Below, piece after piece: positions 1 through 12,644 of a stretch of DNA of 64,000 nt. The translations under genes and the position numbers were made by a program. Under the pieces are notes generated by a model that was not told the origin of the DNA, made no database searches, and saw only the letters and a list, made by a program, of their open reading frames with translations. The DNA comes from Fimicolochytrium jonesii (taxonomy: Eukaryota), in contig NW_026515669.1 of assembly GCF_025526975.1 (NCBI RefSeq), positions 620,001-684,000 of the forward strand, read 5' to 3'. Positions within the stretch are counted from its first letter, which is position 1, and each line of letters opens with the position of its first letter.

Positions 1-188
1 TGACGTGGGACGATGCGGACACGGTACAGCCCGCAGCTCCTCCATCGGCGCAGCCTGGTTGGGGAAGCACGAACCCGAACCCTGCCAACAGGACCAATAG
101 CGATGCGTCAAACTCGGCAGGCAGAACAAGTCCTGTCAGTGTAACTACTCTGATGACTTTGCTGTTCTTGGGAAGTATGTTTATGTAG
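1..188 (+). CDS. 3' end of a gene entering from the left; probable GPI-anchored or cell-surface protein C-terminus
   Basis: Frame from position 3 reads TWDDADTVQPAAPPSAQPGWGSTNPNPANRTNSDASNSAGRTSPVSVTTLMTLLFLGSMFM* (TAG 186-188): an S/T/P/N-rich linker, a small-residue omega-like site (NSAG) and a hydrophobic tail. Confidence 0.55.
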   Translation, partial: TWDDADTVQPAAPPSAQPGWGSTNPNPANRTNSDASNSAGRTSPVSVTTLMTLLFLGSMFM

Positions 189-2406
189 AGACATTCGCGA
201 CTAGTTGCATATTGGCGTAGGACATTTTCTGCTTGTATATATTCACTTTGCCTCTGGTAATTACATATCACCCCGATCTTTAATGTCCGTGTCAGCGGAA
301 GCCTGGTGTTGGGGTAGATCTAAAGTTTACCGGTATGGGAATGTGTGATCACTACGGCTGCAACGCTCTCGTTGCGATGCGTGAAAATCAAGGATGGCGG
401 AAGAAACACTTGTCATCTCAGGACGGTGGACCAACCGGAACCTCCGTCTTGAGCTCCCTGATCTAGAGGCCATTGCGCGCAATGCATGCCACCTTCACAC
501 TTATATGGGGAGAGAGTATGGGCGATGGCCCCATCAAAGAGAACGGCAGAGCGAGAACATCTGTGAGATAGCATCAGATAGGAGCGAAAGACATTGCTGT
601 AATTTTGTTCCACATGATAGTTTCGGTTGAACTATGTCATCATCATGCGCGATATCATAGATGTTCTGCTCATTGACAGTCCCCTCAGTCCACCAGAGCG
701 CAAAGCTCACAACGGGAGCTGCAGTGGGTACGTTGAGGTAGAGTAAACCAGTGATGTGTTTGCGATGGGAAAGCACAGACACGCATCCCAAGGTTGCGAC
801 AGACAGATTCCTGGTACCCTTCCCAACTGAACCCACTCTGACTCCCATGCGCATAACGCAACAACGCTGAACTCGAACCCATTTGGGCAATGTAACCAAA
901 GGACCCGAGATCGCCTTGCGTTGTAGGGAACCAAGTCAGACGGAACCCACTGCCCCTCCTACCGGGTTGGAATATCCCAGAGGCGTAATCTTCAACAGGA
1001 GCGGAGAGCCCCGAAGGACTCTCAACGACTCCCCACTTCGTGTTGGGCAGAGGCTCTTCGTCTCATCATCCTTGGTGATATGTGCGGCTTTGTTAGAAAA
1101 CAAAGCGAGGTACGATGAACTGCATAATATGATCCTGTAGTGGAAGAGAGATTGGTGAATACGAGGCCATATCGAAGGCGGATTTGAGCTGTGTGGTGCG
1201 TGAAGGTATGGGAGACCTACCTTATGAGTATCGTCGATATTTTTGAAAGAGGTGGATGCAAGAGGGTGCTTCCTTATATACCATTGGCGGGATTCTTGTG
1301 CGACGCGAGCGGAATGGGAAGAAAAGCCAAGTCACGTGATCCGATGTTCCTCGACCGACCTCCCAGTCAACCCTCTCAAGGAACTTGAGAGCCCTCTCTC
1401 GTATGGAGTGCATCGGTGAAAGAGGATTCGGGTCAAATGTGGCTGGAATCCCCTATGCGTGATATGTCTCGCCTCCGTGTCTCCTGAGTGAGTCGGGGGG
1501 AATACAAACCGCATCTATCCTAGTTTGCAGGGGCTGGCATTTTCTTGGCGGATCGGTGGCTTCCTATTCCTCTCTTTGTGAATGCACGATACGAGGGTAC
1601 GCCCATTGAGTAATAGACGAAATATAGAGAGGTGAAATTTGTGCATTGTACGTCCGATCCCCAGTGGTCGGATCGCCCGCAGGCGAAGGCCGATTCAAAG
1701 TGATTGCGTCCACAGTCGGTGAGCTCCATCCTTCCGGAATACTACCTCTGATAAGGTCTGGCATTCATTGCCATATTAGACTTCACCGGGGCAGTCAGTT
1801 CCTGACGCCAAGCACAGCACCTGTGCTGTTCAATGGAGCCCGTTCGCACAAGCCTTTACCTTAAGGCTTTGTTTCGAAGAATTCAAGCTCCTGCCCGCGG
1901 ACGCAAGGCATTGCCGGAGGCTCAAGGTACCGCCTCTAGGGGAAAAGTGTGAAGACTGCGGCGAACTGGAGTTTCATGCCTTTGCAAGCAGGAACGCTTC
2001 CTGCTTTGACGTGGACTTTTTCGAAAAGTAAAAGTTACGCTTTGGCGCTAAGATCAACTGTCAATTCACCGCGCTGTCGAATTGAGCGGAATGGAGGACC
2101 GCAATCCAGACGATTAAAAGCCCTGCACCCGAACAGCGAACCGACAACGATGCAGAGGCATATTTAGCTACTTTCCCCCCTCTACAGGGGATCTTGGAAT
2201 CCCTGGTGCTATATCCGACGACCTAGAATCGCGCCGGAGGCGAATGGAGGTCCCGTCGGGACCATGCGGACATGGGTTGAAGGGTATAAATTCAAAGAGA
2301 CTCAACGACGCTTTCGAGCATGTTGTGAACTAAGGAATTCCTCTTTCGACCCGTTGTACTGCAAGAGAAACTCAATCGAACGTTCAACCTCCACTTCACA
2401 AGAACC

Positions 2407-3794
2407 ATGGGTCAACTTATAGAGGTACGCTTCCAGCATAGCGATTCTCCGCGGCGAGTATATATGTACAAAACCACTTTTCTTCCTTTCCGTCTGCGTA
2501 TGCCTTACAGCCGCCGACTTCTCCGGCTGAAAGTTTACTGGAAGCTGCTATAACAATGTCAACCGGCGCCAACCATGTTCGTGAGGAACGTACGGCAGCT
2601 GCACCCGAAATCATCAACAAAGTCACATCCAACAACAATTCCACATCAAGTTCCCTCCAACCCAACGGACACGAGCCTCGAACCGTTTACGACTTACTCT
2701 TCACCTTGTCACCTGATGTCGACACGTTAACGGCACTGAAAAAGCAAATCGCAGTGCCCCACGACGGCACAGCGAAGCGCATTTTGGTGACCGGCGGATA
2801 GCGGGTTGGAGATTGTGGAGCACGATGTTATTCGTAAGTTCCAAAGGAGACGATGCCCTCTTTACTTGCCAGTTGTGGGTACTGATGCGGAGTTGTTCGC
2901 TGTAGATCCCTACTTCGCACAAGTGGACCAGGTATTCCCTCTCGCATGCCCCGCTTCACCGCCGCACTATCAGAAAGATCCCGTGAAGACCATAGAGACC
3001 TGCACGCTGGGCACGTTGAACATGCTCCGATTGGCCCAAAAAGCGAATGCTCGCTTCATGCTTGTCTCGACGTCGGAGATATACGGCGATCCGTTGGAGC
3101 ATCCTCAAAAGGAAACTTACTGGGGTATGTGAGGGCATGATGTGTTGCTCTGGGTTCGCCTTTGTGTTACTGACTCAGCGGATTGCATGTTATCCCTCGT
3201 CTCAAAGGCAATTGCAACCCGGTATGTGATGGCTGCCATTCGTGGCCTCAAAATTGGAGCGAACGGCTAACATACGACATTTTTCGTCAGATCGGACCAC
3301 GAGCCTGCTACGACGAAGGCAAACGTCTCGCTGAAACGCTCACCTATGCTTTCGCCACGGCCCGCTCCCTGCAAGTCCGTGTCGTGCGTCCCTTCAACAC
3401 CTTTGGTCCGCGGATGAATCCCAATGATGGTCGAGTAGTGTCCAACTTCATCACCCAGGCACTACGCGGCGACGACCTCACAATCTACGGCGAGGGCGAG
3501 CAGACGCGCAGTTTCCAATACGTGCCCGACCTCGTTGACGGGTTTGTTGCGGTAATGGAGGGGGACTGCGCCGAGCCGATCAATCTAGGAAATCCGGAGG
3601 AGTATACAGTCCGGGAGCTGGCCGAGATGGTAAGGCGGTCGGTGAATGAGAAGGTGCGGATTGTGAATAAGGACGCGAACGTAGATGATCCCCAAAAACG
3701 AAAGCCGGATATTTCGCGGGCGAAGGAGAGGGTGGGGTGGCAGCCGAGGCATAGCTTTAAGTATGGGCTTGAGAAAACTGTGGAATTCTTTTAA
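2407..3794 (+). pseudogene. UXS1: UDP-glucuronate decarboxylase (UDP-xylose synthase), apparently disrupted
   Basis: Motifs KRILVTGG, LACPASPPHYQ, STSEIYGDP, YWGNCNP, IGPRACYDEGKR, FNTFGPRM, QTRSFQYV, NLGNPEEYT, DDPQKRKPDI. Exons approximately 2407-2424, 2511-2833, 2906-3124, 3208-3221, 3291-3794. An in-frame TAG at 2799 follows TGG, with a frameshift to LEIVEHDV. TATA-like TATAAAT at 2285. Confidence 0.8.
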
Positions 3795-4136
3795 CGGCAG
3801 ATGGCCAGAAGTTCGTAGACAGCTTAGATAAAAAATATATAGTATAAAGCGAGTAGTTCGCAAGCAGAAGAATATCGATAGAGACATCCTTCTCGTTGCA
3901 CCAATGGACACGGATCTTCGTCGGACATCAAAAAGAATCTCTCAATGTTCAACCATACTTGCCAAACGATCCGAGCACAGACCCAAACAATCGCATTCAC
4001 GGCAAGAGCGGTCAAGAAGAGAAGGTACTATTTTGGAAGCATCCAATCATATTCCAAAACGTATGTGCAGATATTTACAAGATACAGTGATATGGGACAT
4101 TAATCGCTAATTAAGAGAAAACTACGACTAACGTTT

Positions 4137-4697
4137 TTAACGAGGAGAGGCCATGTGGGCGCCCATGGCGGGACCGGCCATGGGGGCGCGGTGGGGGTGG
4201 ATAGCAGCGCTGGAGGATTCGCCTGACGCAGCAATACGCTGACCCTGGCTGTTGTAACCCTGCTTAGCACCGTTCACGGCGTGGTTGAGGTGGACCTTGG
4301 CGGAGTCCAACATGCCCGACGACTGCTTTGGCACGGGGTTGCCGTATGCGTCGGTCGTGCTGGCCATTGGTGCAGAGCGGCCGGCATCGGGGTGAAGGAG
4401 AGTTGCAACTTTCCCAACCGCGGATCCGACCATGTGGCCGGCCTTGTGGGAGATGGGAAGGCCGGAGTTCAGACCCTCTCCGGCGGGTTCGCTGGAAACG
4501 GTACCTTGCTGGGTATAACCATGGTGGTTGTGAGTGTCGGCGACGGAAGGGTTGGTGGAGTGCTGTACGTGGTGGGTGTTGGGGTGGTTGGGCTGGAGAG
4601 GGTTCTCGTTGGTGTTGTTACCGTAGACGGCAGGCTGGGATTGGGGAAGAGCGTGGTCGGCGTTGGCAGATCCGGTTTGGTAGGCAGTGGCAGACAT
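4137..4697 (-). CDS. Hydrophilic low-complexity protein (hydrophilin or stress-protein-like), 186 aa, intronless
   Basis: ATG-initiated ORF rich in H/N/Q/G/A/S with C-ending codon bias, a CA-rich 5' leader and a TATAAAA box about 150 bp upstream. Confidence 0.7.
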   Translation of the reverse strand: MSATAYQTGSANADHALPQSQPAVYGNNTNENPLQPNHPNTHHVQHSTNPSVADTHNHHGYTQQGTVSSEPAGEGLNSGLPISHKAGHMVGSAVGKVATLLHPDAGRSAPMASTTDAYGNPVPKQSSGMLDSAKVHLNHAVNGAKQGYNSQGQRIAASGESSSAAIHPHRAPMAGPAMGAHMASPR

Positions 4698-4844
4698 TTC
4701 GAGATCTTGTGTTTTGGATTGGATTGGAAGAGTGTTGGGGATGTGAGTGCTTTGCAGCGAGTTGTGTTTGTGTAGTCAGTTTGTTTGTGTGTGTGCTTCA
4801 GTGAAGGCTGTTGGCTGGGAAAGGATGGCTGCGAGCATCCGTCC

Positions 4845-4851
4845 TTTTATA
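4845..4851 (-). promoter_or_regulatory. TATA box (TATAAAA) for the 4697 gene
   Basis: TTTTATA on the + strand, upstream of a CA-rich leader. Confidence 0.55.
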
Positions 4852-5264
4852 GAATTCTGGGGACGGAGGAGGACACCATCGCCAAGGGAGAGTCCCTCCC
4901 CTTGTGGCAGGAATCCCGCACAGCCTACATACGCATTACGACATAGACTCCGCCTGCCACCGACAGTCGAGGAAGCCGGAATCACAAGTTACAACCCACG
5001 TCACTTGCTGCGTCTGCTTCCTACCCCTTAGTCACCTAGTGGGTCGTCAGTCCACAACAATAACGCACAGCCGGGGGACATCACGACTTCATCACTAAGC
5101 CTTCGTACCGAAAAAAACGGACAACCATCCTCGCACCGTTCCCAACAGTGCCAACCCGCCAATATTCGCTCGCAGACTCCGAGTCGCAGCTCATTTCCCG
5201 TTGGCGTCCAACGCGATCTCAGCCATCAGAAGATCGCACACAAAAACGGTCATTCGTCATGAGG

Positions 5265-5300
5265 TTCCTTCTCGCATTCCTTCTCGCATTCCTTCTCGCA
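5265..5300. repeat. 12-bp tandem repeat (TTCCTTCTCGCA)x3
   Basis: Three perfect copies read directly. Confidence 0.9.
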
Positions 5301-6859
5301 AGTTCCTTCGGCAGCAGGGTCGATCGTGGCAGCCGACACATGTTGCTTGGATGTTGGAAGACTACTACCACGCAGAGCCTCAATACGTAGCGGCCAGAAA
5401 ATGTTGGGCATGACATCATGTAATACTGTCAATCGCGTTTTGCACAGCCACCCAACTGTCATTCCGTCAAATTTGCCAGACGATGTTCTGTGACGATTCC
5501 CAACGGAGGGCTCCTCAGGCTCCGTGCGTTTCTGTCTGATGATTACAGGATTCAATTCAGGACCAGTTAGAAAAATGGATGTGCCTGGGCAGAATATTCG
5601 TCGCCTGTTGCGAGCCACTGGCATTGCCGCCGTGTTTGGTACATATATGTACAATGTCCATGTGGGCAAACCACCCTCCAATGCGGGATACGGATGGGAG
5701 GACTTCGTCGTTCCACCCCGAAGACCTGCACATTCGATGCAGGAACGCATTGCAAAGTGCTCTGTACATGTGAATCCTTTTTCATCACAGCAGGGCACAA
5801 AAACATTTGTTGAGGCCCTAAGTTAACTCCTTGCATGCAGCTGTGACGGTTGTTGAATGATACCGAGCTGGACATGGGCACCTTTGTGGTCTGGATCAAA
5901 CAAGAATCCAATTCATAGCCATCGCCTCGAGAGTCCGATAGTAGAAGCAATCTCACGATATTTATCGATGCCCTTTGCCATCATCAACTCTCCGCAGGAC
6001 TCCCATGGCGGGTTCGTCTGAAGACTTTGCGGTTGGGTTGGGTCGTTTTGTCTGATGAGCACCGTCCCGCCTTTGGATTGACTCTTTGCATAAGTAGATG
6101 GGTGGGTGATCCTGGGCACGCTCGTGGCGACCAGCACCAGCCGAAGAACGGCAGCGCGTCGCTCTACAAACCTTTGCATCAGCAGAAACTGCCGGTTTCG
6201 CAGGTACTGCACAGTACAGTCCGTGAACTTGCGACGGTCTGATTGAGTTCGCTTTCTCGGCGCGCGTTCGTGTTTGCGTACGATTGCGCTTGCTGATGCC
6301 TTGCGTGTTTTCCGCTGTCTGCAAGACTTCCACCTTCTGAACAGGCAGTAGCCCATACACAACTGAAAAAGCACTTATACCGTATCTATCCATCGGCCTA
6401 TCCTTAGAGCTGCATCCCCTCCGCCGTCGCTTATAGTGCAGGTTGGTCTCTCGTTCAGAAGGTTCTTGTTTGTTCAAGCGGAACCTCCATCTAGGTGGGC
6501 TGTGGTAACTCGGAGCTCACGTCCGTCGTTCGTGTTTCTTCCCATGCAGTTCGATAACAGCAAGAGGAAAGAGCCGCTGTGCAGGCCTTGAAACCCTCCG
6601 GACTTGGTAGTCTTTTCTGCAATTACCCGCTGCAGGACAAACCGGACGCCATCCCGTAAGTACCGGAACGCGACGTGTTCGAAGCATTTGCCTCGAAATC
6701 GCTTCCTGCTCCGATTACAACGCGTGCTGGCCTTCGTTGGTCTTACGCTCTGTTTTGCGTTTCTCTTCCTCCAGCAAAGGGACTTGTGGAACGCGTCCCT
6801 TTCGGCCGTAGCATAGTGGGGAGGACGTGATGAAGACGTTGTCCAAGGGTGAAGAAGGA

Positions 6860-9685
6860 ATGTCTCGGTTAGACGCGAAACGGCAATACTATCAGCACGG
6901 CCAGGAAGATATAATGTCTGGACCCTCCGGGACGTCTTCAAGTCGCCTGAAGATTGTGCCAGAAAAGCTATCCTACGAGATTGACTCGTGGTCAAGTCAT
7001 TCAGCTAGTTATCATCCGAAAAACATCGCAGTCAACAAACCACAGGATCAGTCGTCACGATGGTCCAGCGGGAGCAACAACCAGATGCAGCACATCACCA
7101 TCAAGCTGGACAAATTGTCCATCGTGCATACCATCACCTTTGGAAAATACCATAAAGTGCACGTGTGCAATTTGAAGGAATTCAAAGTTTTTGGAGGGTT
7201 ATCATCCAACAACATGATCGAGCTGCTTCATAGCGGCCTGCGGAATGACAGCGAACCGGAAACCTTTTCGTTGAAGCACAAAGCGAATGATGTGGTCTTT
7301 CCTTGTCAGTACATCAAGATTGTACCGCTGCTGGCCTGGGGTGCCAACTTCAACTTCAGCATTTGGTATGTGGAGCTTCGTGGAATTTGCCAGCCTGAGA
7401 TTGTGGAAACGGCGCATCGGGACTACATAAATGTACGTTCGCATATGTCGCTCTGGAGCGTCCCCTTTCGTGTCTCACTAACAATTCTATGCAGTATCGG
7501 GAGAACGAAGTCATCCGATTATGTATGAAGCACTTCCGCCAACGGGCCCATAGAGAAACTTTCGAGTCGCTCCAAAAACGGACACGAATGCAGCTAGAGG
7601 ATCCGCTGCTCACGGAACTGCATAATCAGCTGGTGGTGCATAGGAATTTTACTATGGCGGAGGAGCTGATACGCCAGGCCGTGGACCGAAATCTCTTCCA
7701 GGATTATATCAGCGAGTGCATGTACCGTCCTATCTGGAAAAAAATCACGCCGTCAAATACTGGTTAGTTTACGAATTTCTCTTGTGAGCCTCGAGACACG
7801 GGGATTGACACGGAATCTTCCGATCTCAGATGACGAGACGCCTTGTATGAGAGGAGGGCATCAAATGGCCATCGATCCAGATAGTGGCAAGGTGTATCTG
7901 TTCGGTGGTTGGGACGGTTCGAGAGATCTATCCGACTTCTGGGCTTTTGATCAGGATTCACGACGCTGGCAGTGCATTAGCTTGGACACGAGACGGTACT
8001 AGCGGTGTTGATCAAATATATGTGGAGAATGAATCAGGGGCTGATCCAATCTTCCACCAGACAAGGGGGTCCCGGTCCACGGTCTTGTCACAAAATCTGC
8101 TTCGACCCCAAAGCCAAACAGCTGTATACCTTGGGACGGTATGTCGATCCGGACAGCAGACCAAACGTCAACCTGGAAAGTGATTTCTGGAAGTTTGACG
8201 TGATCAACGCAACATGGACCCGTCTGAGCGTCAATACTGGGGTACGGAATTCTAAGCTCATAATACACTGCTAGGCCTATTCCCACTGACTTTTCCTTCC
8301 CAACAGGTTGAGGGTGGTCCGGAATTGATTTATGATCATCAAATGGTCGTTGATTCGGATACCCAGGTGCTCTATGTCTTCGGAGGTCGCACGATTGGCC
8401 CGGATCCAAATCAGATAGTATATTCTGGACTGTACGCCTACTCCATATTGCAACACCAATGGAGGCTAATCCGCACCGACACCTCGCAACCCGAACACTC
8501 GATACAACTGAAATCCCGTATCGGGCATTCAATGCTGCTCAACCCGCGCACCCGTGAACTCTACATATTCGCCGGCCAACGCAACAAAGACTACCTATCC
8601 GATTTCTACGTGTACGAGATCGACACCGACACCGTGCACGAGATATCCCGCGACTACAGCAAACAAGGTGGACCAGACGCTGGTTTCACCCAACGCGCGA
8701 CGATCGACTCCGACCTCGGCGAGTTCTTTGTCCTCAGCGGCCTGATGCGCGAAAAGAACACGACGCAGGAGACGGTAAAGAACTCGTTCTGGGTGTATAA
8801 TATCCGCAAGGACCGGTGGACGCGGGTGTACCAGAACGAGAACACAGGCAGCGCGTATTGGAACTCGATGGCGGATAAAGAGCCGTGTCCGCGATTTGCT
8901 CATCAGTTGGTGTACGACCCTAAGAGGAAGTGCCAGTTTTTGTTTGGAGGAAATCCTGGGGAGATGGGGAATCCGAATTTGCGTCTGGACGACTTTTGGG
9001 AGTTGTGGCTTGTCAGGTGCGTCTTGCGCGTGCTTTCTGGCCCTTTTGTCGAAGCGGCGGATTCGGGAAACGAAACAGAGACTGGTCGTTGAGAGGTGCA
9101 GGATCGATGTTCTAATCCCAAAACATGCAGGCCAAGCCCACAAGACGTCCTCCGCCGGGCCAAATTCCAAATCCGCCGCCAAAAATTCCGCGAAATGTGC
9201 GCTATGGGCGACCCACTCAATGCGCTCAAATTCCTGCAATCCGACGTTTCCGAAGTCGTCGACCACGAAGACGAGGAGGAGGGGCAGCGCTTCCGGGAAC
9301 TCACTCAGTATCTGTTCAAATGGAAGGCTGGCGGGGTTGGGTCGTCGTCCAGCGGCGTCGCGGGCGGGAAATCATTCGGTGCTGGGGCATCGCAGCAGTC
9401 GCATGAGCAGGGAAGGGTCATTGGCGGTTTGGCTACCGGGCTGAATCCGGCTGTGAAACGTGATGATGTCCCAGAAAGCGCTTGTGAGTATAAGCATCAT
9501 CGTTCACTTGCTGTTTGCGCATGGAGATGTAACACTGGCTGATTTCCTTGTTCCTGAATCCAGCCGCGGCAGACGATGACAACTACCGCTCCCGCACCGA
9601 GCTTTATGAGAAGCTCCTCGAATATTTCCCCGACAGCATGCGCGAACCGAAAGACAATCTAGTAGACTTGGTCCATATGGGATAG
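6860..9685 (+). CDS. MKLN1: Muskelin (discoidin-like N-domain, LisH/CTLH, kelch repeats), CTLH/GID E3 complex subunit; multi-exon
   Basis: SSHSASYHPKNI..DQSSRWSS, TFGKYHKVHVCNLKEFK, IVPLLAWGANFNFSIWYVEL, IRLCMKHFRQR, kelch repeats (MRGGHQM..LFGGWDG, PRSCHK, IYDHQM, SRIGHSM, GFTQRATID, PCPRFAHQ) and C-terminus RTELYEKLLEYFPDSMREPKDNLVDLV. Stop TAG 9683-9685. Confidence 0.92.
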
Positions 9686-10277
9686 AGTGAAATGAGATAA
9701 TGAAAGCACATCTGAGGAGAGTTGATCGCCGCCTGTCCTTCCTTTCCCGCCTCGAGAGTCGCAGCGAAAGGTCGTGAAAGGGCTGCATACACATAAACCC
9801 AATCCCTGCTCGGATCCCTTCTCATTGCGCTGATGTGGTGAGAAACATTGCGCTTGTCATCCCGTTGTTGTTTGCTATACGTACGTTTTTGCGCTCCCAA
9901 CACGAAAGCAAGATATATGCCCCAAAATGTAATACAAACTCCTACGTTTCTCGTTGCGATGAAGGAACTTGGCAGGCTGACACTCTCCACTCTTTCTATT
10001 GCGAGGCATCAGTATGCGCTTGTAATGTATAAACTCTGATTACTCTGTAACTTTTATTCCAGCTACCATGACAGGATTACCCAAAATCTAGATTTCTTGT
10101 CTACGACTCAACCCTCTACTTCTATGTCGCTCGTTAAATACAGCGGCGCCCGCTTTTCCCAGTTTGCCTTGGCTACACTGGATGAAACACCCTGATGCAT
10201 AGGGTGCTGGGACGTGCGCCCCTCACGATAGCGAAGCGCCGCAAATTGCGTGCCAAAACCCATATGCGAGCATCGGC

Positions 10278-11783
10278 TCACGCAGTTTTCGGCACAGACG
10301 CAACAGCAGCCAACGCCCTCTCTCTCTCCAACACAGCCTTTGCACTGTCTCCCATGCCATGTTCGCTGAACATCTGCCGCCATACAGTTTCCTCCATGTA
10401 CGTTTGCCCTTCAGGCTGGCAGTTCCCGACGCACGAATACACGATAATCGTGCCCCAGTCGAGAGCGTCGGAGGTGAAGTGGTTAATATCAAGGACGTTG
10501 AGGAGTTGGGGCATCGCCTGTAAGGAGATGAGTTGTCAGCGGGTTCTAGCGTTGATCAAGAAGGAACAAGTGAATGTACCTGGAACTCGAAGACTCGTGG
10601 CCCATGGCAATGGGGACATGCGGGGATGTGCTCTGCCTGAGGCTTTCCGCTGTCGCTGACCCACAGAGGCTCCGGATCTTTACCGTCTTCGTACGATACC
10701 CTAGCATATCTGATTTGCATGTTCCAGAACGTAAGAAATCAGATGGTGCGTCTAGTTGTCGCGGCCATGAGCTCAAGTCCAGTGCCTTGAACGTACCGGA
10801 TGACCTGCTCAGGCTCCCTCAACACTCGTTTTTGGAACTTCAAGAAAGCCTTGTCCACATCAACCTCCGTCTCCTCCATATCCTCAATGGCTTCAGAGCC
10901 TTCTATGGCCACATTGGCCAGCTTCGTCTCCAACGATTCACCCTCGTCATTCTCGTCCTCATCGCCAGCGCCAGCGCTGGGTTCCGGCTCATCCTCAGAC
11001 ACCAACTCGAATTCCGGAAAGAGGACCTTCGTTTGAGATGCAGTCGCTGGGTCTGCAGCATCACCGTTCGCGCTCTCACATCGGTGCTTATGCCCGCCCT
11101 CGTTCCAATCTACGACCTGATGCTCCTTGGAGCAGTATTGCGCTGCTTTGCATTTAGAGCACTTCTTGGGCCCGCTGAGACCGCAAATATTGCACAATGG
11201 CGCCGTCGGAGTCGGCACATGTGTGTCAGAGTCCTCGTCGAACGTGTAGACTTCGTTGACTTCTGGTAATTGACTTCGGTATGCTTTGAAACTAGCGGAC
11301 AACTAGGATGAGGATCTCTTATCAAACCAAAAAATCAAGTAAGGCTTACCAGTCCTGCCACCGGTTCTTATGACAGGCTCCATTGCGACAACAAAAGACG
11401 TAGATAACGCGGTGGTATGCTTCTATTGGATGGTCCTCTGGAGTATAGAACTAAAATTGCCGCACGCAATGAATTCCTTGCTCCGCCTCTTCCCGCCTGA
11501 CTGAAGTGAGTTGAAAGGTTGACCTACTTGAAGCAAGAGCACCATGGGTTTCTCACACACCCCGCAAGTGACATCGGTAGCTTTCAGCGGTGCGCTTTGG
11601 TTCAACCACATCTACGAGAGGCACCGGGACGAACAAGTGAGAGGAGAGCTCGAGACTCTGCACCTTTTTCTGCGAATGGTGACATACCGGCTTGCCCCCA
11701 ATTTTGTTCGGGAAGTCGTCGAGGGTGAATGTGAGGACCCCGTCCTCGGGCTTTTCGGCGAAACCAAGCTGTACGGCGGACAT
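10278..11783 (-). CDS. PDCD2: Programmed cell death protein 2 (PDCD2/Zfrp8; uS5 chaperone) with MYND finger; multi-exon
   Basis: VQLGF..FPNKIGGKP.WL, CGVCEKPMVLLLQ, YHRVIYVFCC, MYND finger CNICG..KCSKCKAAQYCSKEHQVVDW..HK..C, FLKFQKRV..EPEQVIRY and PDCD2_C motif MPQLL..DWGTIIVYSC. Confidence 0.88.
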
Positions 11784-12644
11784 GGCGGGTGTTGTGGGAG
11801 CGGGGCAGACAGGCGTAACCTGCTTCTGGACGTACGCAGTGACCCCAATGGGATTGAGCGAAAGAAAAAGCGGAGAAGGAAAATCGACTTCCAACGCGAT
11901 CGATTTTCGCCCGTCAAACGCCCGTCATTTGTTGAACAGCGGTTCCTCCCCCAGAAAAGCAAACATCATTACGGCTCTTCATTCCAGCGCTGTCATTCAA
12001 AAAGCCGCAGTGAAATCGATACAGATGCAATGAATGTAGTTTGATACGACGATCCCTACACATCAATAGTATACACCATTTTCATAGCATACCGGCTGGA
12101 AATGTCTCTCTTCATGTGCACCCCACCCAAAAAAAATTCCAGCCACAGTCCACCTTCTGAGAGCCCCCTCTCCATGGTCTATACACCGGTTTTCTAATCC
12201 CAGTTGACCGCCTAGCATTTATTTATTGCTAGCTGATGTAGGAGAGGGTATACCACCGCCGTAACCGCAGCGATACGACAGCGAGACTCGAATGAAGGAG
12301 CGAGGCGGGCGCATCTAGGCTTGTCACTCAGTGGCAGGCATCGTCACACGAAAGACCGAGTCGCGTCGACTTGACGATGCTAAACCATCCTCGTAACATA
12401 CGTCTCACAACAATGACCAGCAATGTGTGGGTGGAGACCTCTATGAGGCGTTGTCCATCTTCCGCATGATGGGGAAAAAACGTCTCCTGGAGCGCTGCCA
12501 CGCGGCGAGTGGGGCATTCAGTGAAAATTGTCCAGTGCTGGCGGCAGCCATTCTTCGTTCACTGTATCGAGGGATGTAGTGGGCGGGCGATATAGTTCCG
12601 TGGTGGAAGACGGCGTCTCTGACCGAAAGCGGGACGTATTCATC

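Noticed and set aside
1986..2006. 9-bp perfect hairpin AAGCAGGAA-cgc-TTCCTGCTT
   Set aside because: It is short and expected by chance in 64 kb, and a prokaryotic terminator reading does not apply here.
4281..4804. Long antisense ORFs (also 8595-9266, 10574-11269, 28817-29416 and others)
   Set aside because: They are shadows of real genes on the opposite strand caused by codon bias.
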